DNA of 63,176 nucleotides, the filler included, from Choristocarpus tenellus KU-1152 (taxonomy: Eukaryota; Protista; Phaeophyceae): assembly GCA_964200185.2 (NCBI GenBank). It is 6 parts of 6 records of this genome, joined end to end, with 100 filler letters (N's around TTAATTAATTAA, not from the genome) between each part and the next. Parts side by side here need not be neighbours in the genome. Positions count along the whole stretch, not along the records: positions 33,626 to 49,225 come from CAXNAD020000966.1; positions 49,326 to 57,561 come from CAXNAD020004952.1; 4 more parts are not named here. One strand, given 5' to 3'. Numbering within the stretch: the stretch's first letter is position 1; every line of letters begins with the position of its first letter. The translations under genes and the position numbers were made by a program. Positions 36,165-49,559 of the stretch are shown piece by piece. Below the pieces are notes generated by a model. That model was not told the origin of the DNA, ran no database searches, and saw only the letters and a program-made list of their open reading frames with translations.

Positions 36165-39050
36165 ATGGTTTGGCAAAGAGGACGACCCCTCCATCCGCTC
36201 TTTATTATCCCCTGGGTCTTCCCCCCAGCCTTTGGCTTTGTTCAACATCATGTTTGCTTATTAAAAGCAGTCGCAGGCAAATGTTATTCGGCATCAACCA
36301 GGTTGCACAATCAACATGGTCCCTCCTCGTCAACATCTTCGATCAGACCTGGGACTGACCTTGATACGGAGTGGGACGAAGGGAGGCAGTGGGAGTATGG
36401 GACCTGGAAGGTGACGAAAATGGACCTTGAAATGCACCTTCTTGCACAACCGTAAGATCATGTCGCTCTACTCTACAAGCAGAGGGTGGGAAACTTCAAT
36501 GTATCTCGTTGATCACAACGGCACCCCGCGCACAGATGAATACGCGCGCTGAGATTGTGGCCGAGGAAGCTGCTCGAGAAGGCGAATCTGTTACCCTACC
36601 GAAAAAAATTGGAGCAGGAGTAGGACTGGATGTGGATGGGGCGGAACTCGATCGGGCGATCGAAATCCTGGAAACCTTCATCTCGAAGGATCGGGTCGAA
36701 CGGATGCAACGGGTTCTGGATCAGCGCACTATAAGCACGACAGTCATGTTCGAGAACCCGAGCAACCCCAACAATGTAAAGTAGCTTGTTACGGAGTAAT
36801 TATTGGTGAATATTGGAACACAATTTACGTTTATCTAGGGAACTTACTTGACTGTTGTAACATATAGTATGGGGCGTTTTGGGTCCCATCATTGTGTCAT
36901 TAATGAATGGGCAATATCAGATTTTCCCCTATTTTCAAGTTCCTATCCTGACACGAATATAATTGCTATTTCAGCAATTTTGACGCATGGATAACTTGAA
37001 CAGGTATGGGCATGCCTACGCACGCTTGATTCCTTCGGCATCCAACACGGTCACATCGTGTCGGACCCGGATTCGTACAGCAAGAAGGCAAGACTCGAGA
37101 CAATGGTCACAGCGATGGGCAGGTGAGAATAGTTAATTTGAGGTGTGTAAAAAAGATTGGTGGTGGTTCCAGACCTTTACGGTATCAGCATGAAGCCCAG
37201 TGAGATGATGTTGTCACTCCATCTATTTTTAGCCTCAACCACTATGCTTCCGGTGCATTTGTGTACTTTTCTCAACAACCCCCTCCTACCCTTGCTGGAT
37301 CTTCATGGTGTAAATAAATTTCACCAGTCAGAAATGGATGACATTGCATGGTCATGCATCCCCGGAGGCTGCAGTGGAAAAATTGAAAGCAGAGGGGTTT
37401 CAGGTATGTTTATTGGGCTAGAGGGTATTTAATTAACACCGTGTTATGGTTATTACCTGTCTACCACCTCCCCTCGACCGAGTACAACATCTCTAGTTGG
37501 ATATCTTGAACCGGTTACATTTTACCTTTTAATCTTTTAGTGGATGTTGCTACAAGTACCCAGTTTTGCTCCTTCAGGTGCTTCCCATCTTGTTGTGGTA
37601 TGCAGTCCCTCTTGATGTCACATGATCTATCTCCTGTGACCTGGCTGTATTTTCGAACAAACAATGATGACCTAGTTAGGTCTGCACACTTCTGATTGTG
37701 AGCCAAGGAGGTGCAATATCAACATTATTTCAAGTGTTTTGTCATGGTTGACTCAACGCCTTCATACATGCTCTCCCACACCTTCTTGAGCACTTGAACC
37801 AATACATGATTCAGCCCTTCATAAGTTACTTTCCACTTGTTCTACACGAGAAGGTTTAAAATAAACTTCAGTACAAATTTTTTGGCCTGATTGTCTCCTT
37901 TCCTGCAGGTGGTTGCAACAGACCTCTCGCCATCTACAGTGTCGATAGACCAAATCGATTGGTCAGTCAAGACAGCTGTGGTGATGGGCAATGAAAATCG
38001 CGGTATCTCTGATGAAATGAGGGGGCTGGCGGACAAGACCTTCCAGATACCTATGCGGGGCTTTGCAGAATCGTTCAACTTGTCGGTGGCGTGCTCAATC
38101 ATACTTGCCCATTTAAGTGCCACGAGGTTAGTACCAGCAAGAGCTATGATCAAATGCTCCCTCCTTCTATTGAGGATCAACCCATCACCACTGCAGTAGC
38201 AGTGTGCCCGTCTTACACTGCCTAGGGTTGTTGCTCAATTTGCTCTTTCCTGACGTGTTGGACATGGTTGCGGTCATGCCTTGTGTGCGCTGTGTGTAGT
38301 GAGGACATTATAAGAAGACAAGCTCCACATGGAAACCACTGCAGTGTTTATTGTGCACCTATTCTAGATGCTAGCACACCAATCCTAAGAGTGATGAAAG
38401 ATGCTCAACTCTTTTTCTGAACTTATTTGCTCCATCTCGCAGTGTTGTGAAAAGTGTCCCTTATGATTATAGGAATTCCACCGTCTGCTGCCTGTCTGTA
38501 GTCAAAACCACACATGTTGAATTTGGAAGGATCAAAGCATGATCCTGTACTACATGGTGGACCAATCCAAGCATAGGCCCCCATTACAGATGGCGGTGGA
38601 CAACCAAGAGCGATCACTTTCTCTTGTATCCTGAATACATCTGGAGCACCTGCTTGTGAAGTCCAAACTATATACAGGATGGGTATTGACAGGAAACTGA
38701 CCACAATAACATGTTTTTGTCCTACTGCAGAATTTATTTTTTTCTCTCCCATTTCTGTTATTTCCATCAGTAAATATTGACAAGATTTACATCTGCTTGG
38801 CACTAATTCCCCATCAACTGTCCATCCCCAAATAAACTACCCATTGATTCATGGTTCTGGACCTCTCAGGGCATTGAGGCATGGGGATCTTCCTGAGGAT
38901 GAGCGACGTAGGATTAATGCCACCTGGCTCATGCAATGTGTCCGTGGAGCAGACAAAATTCTTAAGAGGGAGGGTATAACGGTGTGTGATAGGGTGTGGG
39001 GGCCTCTCCAGCGTGGCACCAGTGGCATTGCTGGCTACACTGTGAGATAA
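36165..39050 (+). CDS. TrmH-like tRNA (guanosine-2'-O)-methyltransferase (SpoU family)
   Basis: Spliced: RMQRVLDQRT..VMFENPSNPNN|VWACLRTLDSFGIQ..|SQKWMTL..|VVATDL..AVVMGNENRGIS..IPMRGFAESFNLSVA|..LPEDERRRINATWL. Start codon is tentative. Confidence 0.9.
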
Positions 39051-40974
39051 CCAACCCTGTGCTGAATGAGTCTGACTTGGGCATGTTCAAGGGGCAGGAG
39101 AAGTCAAAATCAGATAGTTGAGATGAAGAAAGCCAACACTAATGCCCTCGTGTGTGCACTTAAGGATTCCACAGGAGTCTCGTGCAGTTGTAGATACAAT
39201 TTGCAAGTGTTACACTTGGCAGAGTGGGGCATTTAGAAAAGTGGACTGTCAGTGGAGGGTTACTTGTAAGGGAAACTCTGTTAGAACTGATTGTTTTGTT
39301 TCATCTTGGTTACAATACTGGGTCGTCTTACATCTCTCATCCTGCGGTGCACTGAATGCAGTGACCTCAATGTTGACAAGAAGCCGATAATTAGGGCTAC
39401 TTACACATTGGTACTTAACACACTATGTGCTCAGAAATGGATATCCAACTGGTCCTTTAAACTATGCTTAAGACCCTAGGTGAGGATGTCTCTTAAATGC
39501 CGAGGACACCACAATGCTTGAATGGCACAAGTTCAATGTCTTATCTAATACTACACCATGTAAGATACTTCCCAATAATGGCCAATACAGAGCAAATTTC
39601 ACCGAGTGCTTGAATGAAAGTTGCACAATAATGTTTTAATTTTTTTTGTGCCACACTTTCTTCCACTACCTCTGACAACAAAGAGTTCAAAAATGTGTAT
39701 GAAGTGTCAAATCAGCAAAATAGCTGCTGCTATTGTTCTATTCTAACTTTTCTGATCCCTGAACGTTTGTTGCGCACCGGATGCTACTTGTTCCATGCGA
39801 CTTGAATGTTCTGTCCATAGAATAATGCTATTAATAGTTTTACTCTGTCCAGGGTGTGTTTCCCTATTATTTTTATAGTTGAATTTGGATGGAACTGATT
39901 TGTTAATCAAAATATTTACACCTTGGAGAAAAAAAAATGAAAAATGAGTGGTTAGATCTTTGCACATCACATGGTTTGACTGAAATGAAGCAATAAAGTA
40001 TAATCATTTCTCTCCCCGTTTTATCTACCACGGTCTTGGGAGCATGTTCCATCCCACCTACTCTGTATACTGAGTAATATATGTACGTAACAGAGGTCTA
40101 GAGCACTCCAGTAGGAGTATTGCCCCAGTGAGGTGTGATGACTGCATGTTCCATTAGTGCTCTGTAGGGATTCTGTCTTGCCTGGACGATGCAAACTGAG
40201 CAATGTTTCTGTGAGATGTTGGATAACTAATAATTTGGTGAAGATGTTTGTCAAGCACAAGAATGAATCAAATATGGCTTGGTGATGACTCCACTCTTGA
40301 AAGGTGAGGGGTTTGTGGTGCAGGAATGATGAGAGTTGGGTGTCTTGCAGTGCAGTCAGTAGCAGTGAGGTCGTGTACCAAGAAATTCATAATATAAGAG
40401 TGTGTACTACTTTACTGCTCCACGGGAGTTGCAATCGTCTTGTCCGCATAGCAAGAATCCGTTTGACCTCTCTTCTGTTAGATACTCCATTCCCAATTCA
40501 ATGTATTTGTTCCAACAGATGTGCTCTGTGATTCTGACAGTGTATGCTTCTCAAGCACCATTGAGTGATGTTATAATGGAGTGGAATGGACCAGTGTAAC
40601 ACAATTTCCCTTCCTACCTGCAAAGGGGGAAAGCCGGTGCGATATGCACTGCGGTCAAACGCGTGAGAATACCAGAAGTTAAAAAGTGTCACGCCTCTTT
40701 TTGAAATGGGTAAAAAAAGGAAGAGAATCATCATATCTCCAAGGAGATGCTATGAACGGAAGATGTTTTCCGTCAAACACTGAGAGGTCTTCACTAATAC
40801 AAAATGTACAAGCATCAACACTTCACGCCTGACTGCTGAGGATACAGAAAAGTCTCCCCCGCACCAAATATTTCTCAACGCACACACATGTGGTCCCTAC
40901 ACCCACAGGTAAGTCAACAGAAGCAAGAAACTGAGCCTGTACACCCCTCCCTCCTGGTACCCCCATTCTCTTGC

Positions 40975-41453
40975 TCACGCCCCTATGCCCATCGCATATA
41001 TGCCATCAGACCTTCGGAATGCATGGCCCTTCTCCTTCGCGTGGGCATTGCGGCCACGGCTGTGGCACTGGCCACATAGGTCAAACCCAAAGCACTCTCG
41101 GCAGGAATACACTGCCCCCTCAACAACCTTGTCACAGGCGTCGCTGGATGGATGGATCAAGGGGTTGGTTGGTTTCAAAAGGTTAAAAGGCCGCCTCTTT
41201 GGTCGTAAATATGGAGGCGTCACTTACTGACAGGATTTGGAAATGAGGAAAAATACCATACACGGTTAAGTCCTTTCTAATATCACCTGAAGATCTAGGT
41301 CAAGCACAGTACGATACCACATGATGGTACCCGGGTGTGCTTTGTTTTGCACATGTTGTATGCTACTTACTGCAGCTCTTTGATCGAAGTATACCTATAC
41401 CTGCCCACGGCTTGAGGAGAGCAAGCAATACACCCCCCCGCTATTTATTTTGG

Positions 41454-41484
<31 letters not shown>

Positions 41485-44400
41485 TTTTTTTTTTCACAGG
41501 GTTAAGCACTGCTGGAATTGATGCGAAGCAGACCGTCTAGGATGAAAGCCTTTTATCGACAGCTGAAAAAAAGTGTTTTAGACAATTTGCAGTCTGATGA
41601 TGGCTACCCCTACAGCTTACAATGGACGAAAGGTGCTGATTTCACCTTGGTACAAACACTCAGCACTATCTCTTTTGGACCCCTCTGCATTCAACGTAGC
41701 CATGATCTACATTGACATTCTATCTAATACATAGAGTACTACTTGTATCTAGAATGGGGGCAAAGAATCATCTCTGCTGAGCACTCATTCTATATCATCT
41801 GACATTATATAACTCTGACTCAAGACTGAGGAAAAATATTTCGAGGGTGCAAATCCCTTTATCTCTTGAGTTTCTTTCTGAGCAGTGAAAAATCTTATAG
41901 GTGATTGCTGTTCGCCCTATACCCACTTGACATAGTTACAGTATTCAAAGTCAGGCATTACTTTTTTGTACCAGGCTTTTTTTGGGGTTGTGTGATATCT
42001 ACAGTTCCCTCACTATCTCCCATCCCAACACCAGCAGAAAATTTCGCTGGGAAACATTGTTCCAGGGATCCTACACAGATTCAAGCCCCCAAAACAGGCT
42101 AACCACCAGCACTGCCTTCAAATAGGTTCACTCACCATGTCACAACTTCTTCAAATTCCTCCTCTTCCTCCTCCTCCCCCTCTTTCCCTCTCTTCTCCTT
42201 TGTGCATGCTGCGACCAAGTTGCCGTCAAAACTTCCCCCTGCCCCTTTAGCCCCGGAGGCAAAGACAAAACTGTTTGGAGGTATGAACACAGGGGGTGGT
42301 GGCTCTCCCTCTTCAATGTTGTCTCTCCTGTGTTCCCCTTCCACCTGTCCTCGAACCCTTTGCTTCCCCTTCCCCTTCCCCTTTACCCCCTCCATTTTTC
42401 TCCCTCCCTCTCCAGCTCCAACCCTACTACAAGCAGTGTCTCCTCCAGGAAGTTTCCACCCCAAACGATCACATATGTGATTCACCACTGTGTCACAGTC
42501 CCCAAGGAGGTGCAGATCAAAGCCATCTGACATAGACTTCAGGGGGTGCACGAGTTCTCGGTTGATGAGCACCTGGCTCGATCGTGGATGGGTCAGGCAC
42601 AGAGCGTGGGAGAGAGCGGAGTTGGCAAACATAGGAACAGGTGCCTTGCGTGTTTAAAAAACGTGGGAGGGAAAGAGCACCATACATGGCAGGTGTTTTG
42701 TTCTCATAAAAAAAATCTTGAGTTGGGGAGAGCACAACCATACTGCTTTCTGTGTGGTGACACAGCAGCAAAGGAGGGTATACCCTCCCCTGCCACAACA
42801 CTGCAAGGAGGAGACAAGTTTCGATACAAGCACTACAAATGGATTCACCCCTCAGCATTCGATTGCAGCACAGCAAGATGTTTTGCAAATAATGATTTAA
42901 TTTTCCCTCATCATGCCCAACGCTGACCAGTACTAACTTGCCTGGGGCACATCCCGTGGCATGTAGTGGAGAATCCTGGATACTGGAGCCACCTTTAAAG
43001 ATGTTCCCATCACAATAAGGAGGTCCGCCTTTTGTGTATGGCATGTAAACATATATTGTTTGTGTGCATGTATTAGAGGGTTCCAAAAGAGGAGGCATGG
43101 GGCTACAAAGAAAAAAGGGGAAACATGAGTTCAAGATAGACAACAGGGAGAGTTGTAGTTCAGTCCACTGTGGATTTCCCATGCAGAAGGGTTTAGAACG
43201 TAACCAGCTCTTTGTTCCACTGTTATCTCGCATACTACATTGTCATATCTGCTTTAGACTTGGTGCTCACCGTAGGTATATCCCTATCTTTCTGAGCTTT
43301 CCATGGGGGTGGGGGAGGGGGAGGGGGAGTACAGGAGGGNNNNNNNNNNTTTTTCCCGCCAATACTATTTTTTTTTTTTTCTTTGATCTGGGGCTCCCCC
43401 GGGTGTTATCCCCTTTTTTTTTGGGGTTTTCGGGGGGGGGGGGGGGGGGGGGGGGGGAGTACAGGAGGGGTGTTCTTATCAATGGAAATTCAAGGGCACC
43501 CCAGGCAAACAAAGGAACACAGGAAACATAGCCTTTACAAAAGTGCAATGTTAACCTCTTCACTACTATCAGGGCACACCTGCAAGGAACACTACTGGTA
43601 AGATATCAAGAGTTGGTGTTGACTACCCAGGGGCAGAGATTCTACCTCCCTGGCCAGTGCAGTGTGAGGGAATCACAGGGGACGCTCTCTTCATGGCAGG
43701 CACGGGTTTACTTGTATTCATTCCATATCCATCCATCCCATGACTGCTGACAATGCTGGAGAAAAAGAGCCTGCCAACAGCACACAAGATATGTTGAGTC
43801 TTGAGTTGGCCTCCTCACATGGGACAGACACAGCACAGTGAACCACAAAGCTTCCAGATATCATTCCCACCGACGCCCTCTCCCTTCTCCTTTCCTACTC
43901 CCTCTGCGGGGTCATGATGCTCAAATAATCCCAAAAATGAAATAGTTTGCAGTCCTACATACATATCGCCCAAATTATTAAAAGGGAGGCAAAAAAAAGC
44001 ACTGATGCAGTTTTTCATTTGACTCTGGGGTGAGAGTCTTGGACAGAACTACAACATTATGGCGTTGTGACTGGTACTACAGGTCCGGATCTTGAACTTT
44101 CCCCACGTACGCCTTAGTTTGCAATATACTAACTGCCGCACTATGAACTCTGTGCACATACAGAGTGCAGTTTGGAGGCACGAGGGCAGAAGCACCATGC
44201 TTTACAAAGTGTAAAATAACCGTGAGCTTAAGCCGTAGATGGTAGTAGTACACTATTGGGGTGGTATGGTAGTGGTAACACGAAGAATGTGGAGTGCAAT
44301 GGTTGTATTAATGGTGGTATTGGGAGTGTTTTTAAAATAGGTTTCTAATGAAGAGGAAGATAAACCAACCATATGCTTCAACTGTACTCTACAAAACATA

Positions 44401-46560
44401 CACAACTCAAATGCATCACTGGCAATTTTCTGTACCATTGTGAACTACTCAAAATAGGGAGGGCGTTTATTGCATTTGTGCTTCTGTGTGGATTAATGGG
44501 CTCTTGATGTTTTGGTGCCTCTTTTTGAATGCTGTAGAGCCTAGATCAAAATTTATGCCTCTGAACAAGCTCTTTGTTTCCTTTTGGCACTGCAATTAGT
44601 ACCTCTTGTTTGACCTTCCCTGATTCCACCCCTTGTGAACATCTCACCTTTTTTTGGTCTGCCTCAAGAGATCGGTTGACAGTTGTACTCAGCTTTTCCC
44701 CAAAAAATGTGATGTCCGGCTTAATCACACCCCCACAATGACAGTGGGGCACCTGTTGGTGCATCACTTCTTCCTGGAGGAAAACACAAATATTAGTGAA
44801 TTGGCTGCATGTTATCCATGAAGCAAGTAAAGCTGTTGCAGGCGGGGGCAGTCCTATCCATGCTATTACTGACTGTGCTACAAATATTGTATACTCAGTA
44901 CACGCCCTCAACACTGGTAGGCTAGAGCCCAAACGGTTATCACAAGGGTTTTGAATCGAAAGAGGACATGAGTATAAACCACATGGATCAAAACACTTTA
45001 GATGCATTCGATTGAATCAAAGTATGCATGCAGGAACACGTGCTGCATGGGATTTGTAGCAGAGGGTGGACTGCATACACATAAACACACATGTACGAGA
45101 AGATAGTAGACTAATTGAAAGGTTTCAATATGTACTCAATTAGGTTAACTAAGCCGACTCACAGGTCAACACCTGCCCTGACATCCTGCACAACAGGATG
45201 CGTTGTTTGTGTAACTGTGTCTGATAGGGGGGGTTTCACCTTGATGTCTTCCGCTGCTTTCTTGGCCTTGCAGGACAGGCAAGATGCTGTGAGGAAGGAC
45301 CCGTGGCACGGAATGTAACGTTTCAGGCCCACCTGTGCCTCTGGAAGACACATAAAAGGAAAATAGGATAGAGACATGGCAGGGGAAGTAGAGTGGAGTG
45401 GGAGAAAATAGCAGTGGGGACACACACCTATGTGCGTACATTTAGGGATAGGGATTAGAAATTGTTACATTCGAATGGTAGTATAAACTTGTACTGTGCC
45501 AAAGGAACGAGTTGAGATTTTGTGAGGATACTTACACCCATTTCATGTTCCCACAACACAAGTTAGGCTCTTCAATCTGTTGAGACCAAGTTTGGCACAT
45601 TTGACTCAAGGTCAATTGTTTGAAGTCTCCATCTGACTATCACAAGAATCCAATATACATCTTCCTCTATCATTCCAATCCCTCTGACTTCTCACCAAGG
45701 CCATCAATGTTTTGTGTATAGTTCTTTAAAAGTTTTCCCTGTTCCTCCAGTACCCTTAAGAACCTATGTGTCGGTGAGGGGTTATAGTTCCCAGGATACA
45801 GTGCCTGCAGAGGTCAAGTAAGAAACAACCATGGTCAGGTTAGTTTTCCCTTCCGTCAGTCATCAAACCGACTAATCAGCATTTATTCCTAAGTTGTCCT
45901 TTGCTAGGATCTATGCTCAGGTTCTAGCTCTACACAGGCAAACTTAAAAAAAGCTTGTGACCGACATGTGCACCAATCCTGAAAGTGGATCAATTGTCTT
46001 TCCAATAAATCATTCAAGGAGATTGGGGGTTGAATGGGTCATCGGCGGGCGAGCCCTGGGAGCATAAACCTTGGCGAACTTGAAGAAAGGTTTGGGGTCC
46101 TCAGTGAAGAATCCCAGATCGAATAGATCTTCAGGAGAATCAAGGCCAAGGTTGAACTGCTGTACAAGCTGATACACACCATTCTCGGAACGGAAGTCGG
46201 GGATACCGCACGAAACACTGCACACAGAGCGGATGAGCCAGGGTGTTGGCAGCACGGGGAAAGCATGGGCTGTTTTAGGATTTTGAACGAGAAGAGGTAT
46301 CTGGATTTTGACACCAAGGGATGATTACTGCATGGGAACTGATCCAAGGTTATCAACACCTATAGATGCATGTCAGGACGGCTTGTTCCAATCAACCTGA
46401 TGCCTGCACCAGTGATGACAACGATCCGCTTGCAGGTTCTCAATGCCTGGAGTAACGTCTCGAAGCTGTTAAAATCGGACAAAACTGTCCGTGGTCCCTC
46501 TTCCTCTTTCGACTCCCGGGTCGTCGCAACAGACAGCGATCCAATCTTCCTTTTAGGCAT
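40975..46560 (-). CDS. Class I sirtuin (Sir2/SIRT1-like NAD-dependent deacetylase) with C-terminal ZZ zinc finger, about 8 exons
   Basis: IVVITGAGI|[71 protein letters not shown]|[16 protein letters not shown]. The last junction yields [21 protein letters not shown]....H. Confidence 0.9.
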
Positions 46561-47268
46561 ATTAGCCTTCAACACTGCTCTCGAACCCGTGTACCAACCT
46601 TTTTGTCTCCCTGATCAAAACCACGTTTACTACTTTGGGTTTGTCGAGAACTCCCTCGCGCACAATCACGAGGTATCGCGCGCGGTAGAACACCTCCAAC
46701 AACCTTCACACCAATAGATCTAAGAGACACTGCTGAGCCATTAGGACCTAAATAGAGGAACCTCTTACACACGAGCCTTCATTAAGCCAGGGCATTGGTT
46801 GCAAGTTGCACAGTACTCCTGCAGTGGCATTCACAAGGTATTTGGGAGCGTTAAACCCCAGACTTGGTACCTGAACAATGCTGTGGTCGTTGGACACTGT
46901 GGTATCAGTTTAGGTGGATTAAGAACCCTGACAATGACAGCGCACCAGTTTAATCACATGCTTATAAATTGAAGTAAACATGTTGTGTCGAATCGAGAGA
47001 TGTGCTGTAATCCCTCCAGCACAGAGGCTAGAACCTCATTTGTGATCAATCCTTACTGTCCTTCCATGGGAGAGGAAGGCTTCGCCATATTCGAATCCCC
47101 ATTGACTCACCCTTGAGCACAATTTTCATTCTCTTCCACCAACTATCGATATTATCTATGGATCCTCCTTTGTTTCATCTGTGCCACACAGATCCTGGAC
47201 CATCCTACGATAACACAGTTGAGGCGAGGAAAAGGGAACTTCTAGAAAGCCAAAGCAACCAGGAAACC

Positions 47269-48378
47269 ATGGCAAAGTCCATGGGGATGAACCTGGCCTC
47301 CGGGCTTCAGGGTATGCTGAAGGAGGGGCACAATTCCTATGAGGGTGTAGATGAGGCCATATTGAGGAATATAAACGCCGCCAAGCAGCTGGCTGCAATC
47401 ATCAGAACATCCTTGGGACCAAATGGTACGCTGATTTGGCTGCCAACTCTGTGAACCGAACTCCTCCCACACCTTTCGTGTTGTTTGACTTGACCATCTT
47501 TGTGGACGAACATTTGTAAGGGAGTGGCTGAAGGCTACTTGCGAGTAGCTGAGTGCTGATATTATTATGCTCTGGTCAACTGGTGTTGGGGCCCATCAAC
47601 GCGTGCAGCTCTCTTCCCTTTAGGCAACAATAGGATACTTGGATAAGCCAAATTAAGATATTTTGGACAGTCTCTCTTTTCGACGTGGGAGTGTTCCTTG
47701 TGCTTTAAATGGAGCCATCGATATTTCCCTAATACTCTTGTCACACTAGATCGTGTGACTGTCAAGCACACACCTTCGTGACTAGGATCATTTGTATCAT
47801 AGTGTCGAACATTCTACTAAATATGCTACTACCTCCTATACCGTCCACTTGCATCTGTTGGTGCTGCAGTGGGTCTAGAACTGCCAAACACATTGACTAT
47901 TATGCTCTTCCATTGAGTATTCCTTTCTTCGTTCTTATCTTGTTGAGAGTCCTTTTCCCCACAAGACTGAACTGTAAATCCATCTCTTTTCTCCTTTCAA
48001 GGTATGAACAAATTGGTGGTAAACCATTTGGATAAGACCATCGTGACCAGTGATGGGGCCACCATTGTACGTGAGCTGGATGTCCTCCACCCTGCAGCCA
48101 AGATGGTTGTGTTGGCCTCTCAGATGCAGGAACAGGAGTGTGGGGATGGCACTAGCTTGGTAGTGACCTTCACGGGGGAGCTGCTGAGACTTGCAGCAGA
48201 ACTACTGCAAGAGGGCCTACACACTGCAGAAGTACTGGAGGGCTATCGGGCAGCATACAACAAGGTGCAGGAAGTGCTGCCCTCGCTGGTGTGCCACAAG
48301 GTTGAGGATGTGAGAGACAAGGATCAGATTGTGTTTGCAATCAAGACTGTCATTGGATCCAAGCAGTATGGATTTGAG
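47269..48378 (+). CDS. CCT8: T-complex protein 1 subunit theta, first two exons (rest lost at contig end)
   Basis: MLKEGHNSYEGVDEAILRNINAAKQL..RTSLGPNG|MNKLVVNHLDK..VTSDGATI..HPAAK..QEQECGDGT..IGSKQYG is CCT8-specific. Confidence 0.95.
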
Positions 48379-49225
48379 GTGAGTCCTTGCATATGTCCTG
48401 GATTGTTAAGCGGTGAAGAAAGGGCAGGGAGAAAGTGGGGGTTACGGTGGTATTCATGCAGAGGGGGAGGAGGAAGGGGAGGATTGTGTGAGGCTGCATA
48501 TACTCTACCTCTCAAATCTTTCAGCAGACAATTGAGTCCAATGTAGTGACTGATATGTCATCTACCATATGCTATTCTATGTTATGATATTGAGAACTAA
48601 TATGTAGAAATCTACACATTTGATGTTCCAAACCTGTGGTTCCACTACAACCACAGTAAACTGTGTATCAACTCAATATGCTACAGTCTCAATACTTCAG
48701 AGTCATATACTATGTATTATCATAGAGTAATCAAGCACAAACCTTGACGACCTAGTGCTTGCTTGTGCTGTGATTAGCCGGTTCTTGTGTAGGTTTCATG
48801 TGCACAACAAGTCTCCACAGTTTCATGTTCACATTGTAAACATTTGCCCTCAAGTAGTAAGTATGCCATGGTGTTGATTGTGTGAATTGTGTGCTAGCAC
48901 TGTGATCTATTGCTTTTCTAGGGGAGCATGGTTCCGTTCTGTCACCAATATGCACAAAGGAGGGTATTAGGGTTGTCTGATGAATTTTGCATATACCGTA
49001 CTTGAGTAAATTTGTGATGTGATGCATGGGTTCTTTCATGCTCTGCAAATTTGCTACAATTGACTTTTCCTGTCATTGCAAACAAGAGCCCCTGAATTTT
49101 AACGTTGCATTAGGATCTCTTCTAAGAATTGTAATTTTGAATATTTGGTGCTCTTGATCCCTTGTTTTTCCTCCTCTTACCCCCCCCCCCCAGATACTTT
49201 AAGCGATTTGCACTGATATGGTAGG

Positions 49226-49325
49226 NNNNNNNNNNNNNNNNNNNNNNNNNNNNNNNNNNNNNNNNNNNNTTAATTAATTAANNNNNNNNNNNNNNNNNNN
49301 NNNNNNNNNNNNNNNNNNNNNNNNN
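49226..49325. other. Artificial contig linker
   Basis: N44-TTAATTAATTAA-N44. Confidence 0.98.
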
Positions 49326-49448
49326 AATGTTTTGTCCAGAAGCTCCCTTTTTTGCGGCGAGTCCTCCTTTTTACCCCCCCCTCCCCCCCCCCCTCATCTC
49401 TCCCACACATGCATTTCACTGCCACGGGCACATAAATGTCTTTCCCAG

Positions 49449-49559
49449 GTTGGCTTCGGCTGGACAAATGGGGTGGCACTGGACCTCCTGGTGGAAGCAC
49501 ATCATCACAAGGATGGTGAAGCTAAGACAGGCAATGGTACAATGTTGTCCAATATTTGA
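49449..49559 (+). CDS. Terminal exon of a trehalase (GH37) gene
   Basis: Acceptor TTTTCCCAG followed by VGFGWTNGVALDLL...stop; GFGWTNGV is the conserved C-terminal trehalase motif. Confidence 0.75.
   Translation, partial: VGFGWTNGVALDLLVEAHHHKDGEAKTGNGTMLSNI

Noticed and set aside
17016-39050. Two SpoU-family genes as a cluster or duplication
   Set aside because: They are on different contigs joined artificially and are highly divergent, so proximity is coincidental.
42517-43233. 238-aa minus ORF
   Set aside because: Overlaps sirtuin exons in the wrong frame plus intron sequence; no independent coding signal.
40975-46560. Sirtuin as a partner of the EP-like gene in a Thoeris-like locus
   Set aside because: It is a conventional class I deacetylase on a different contig, with no linkage evidence.
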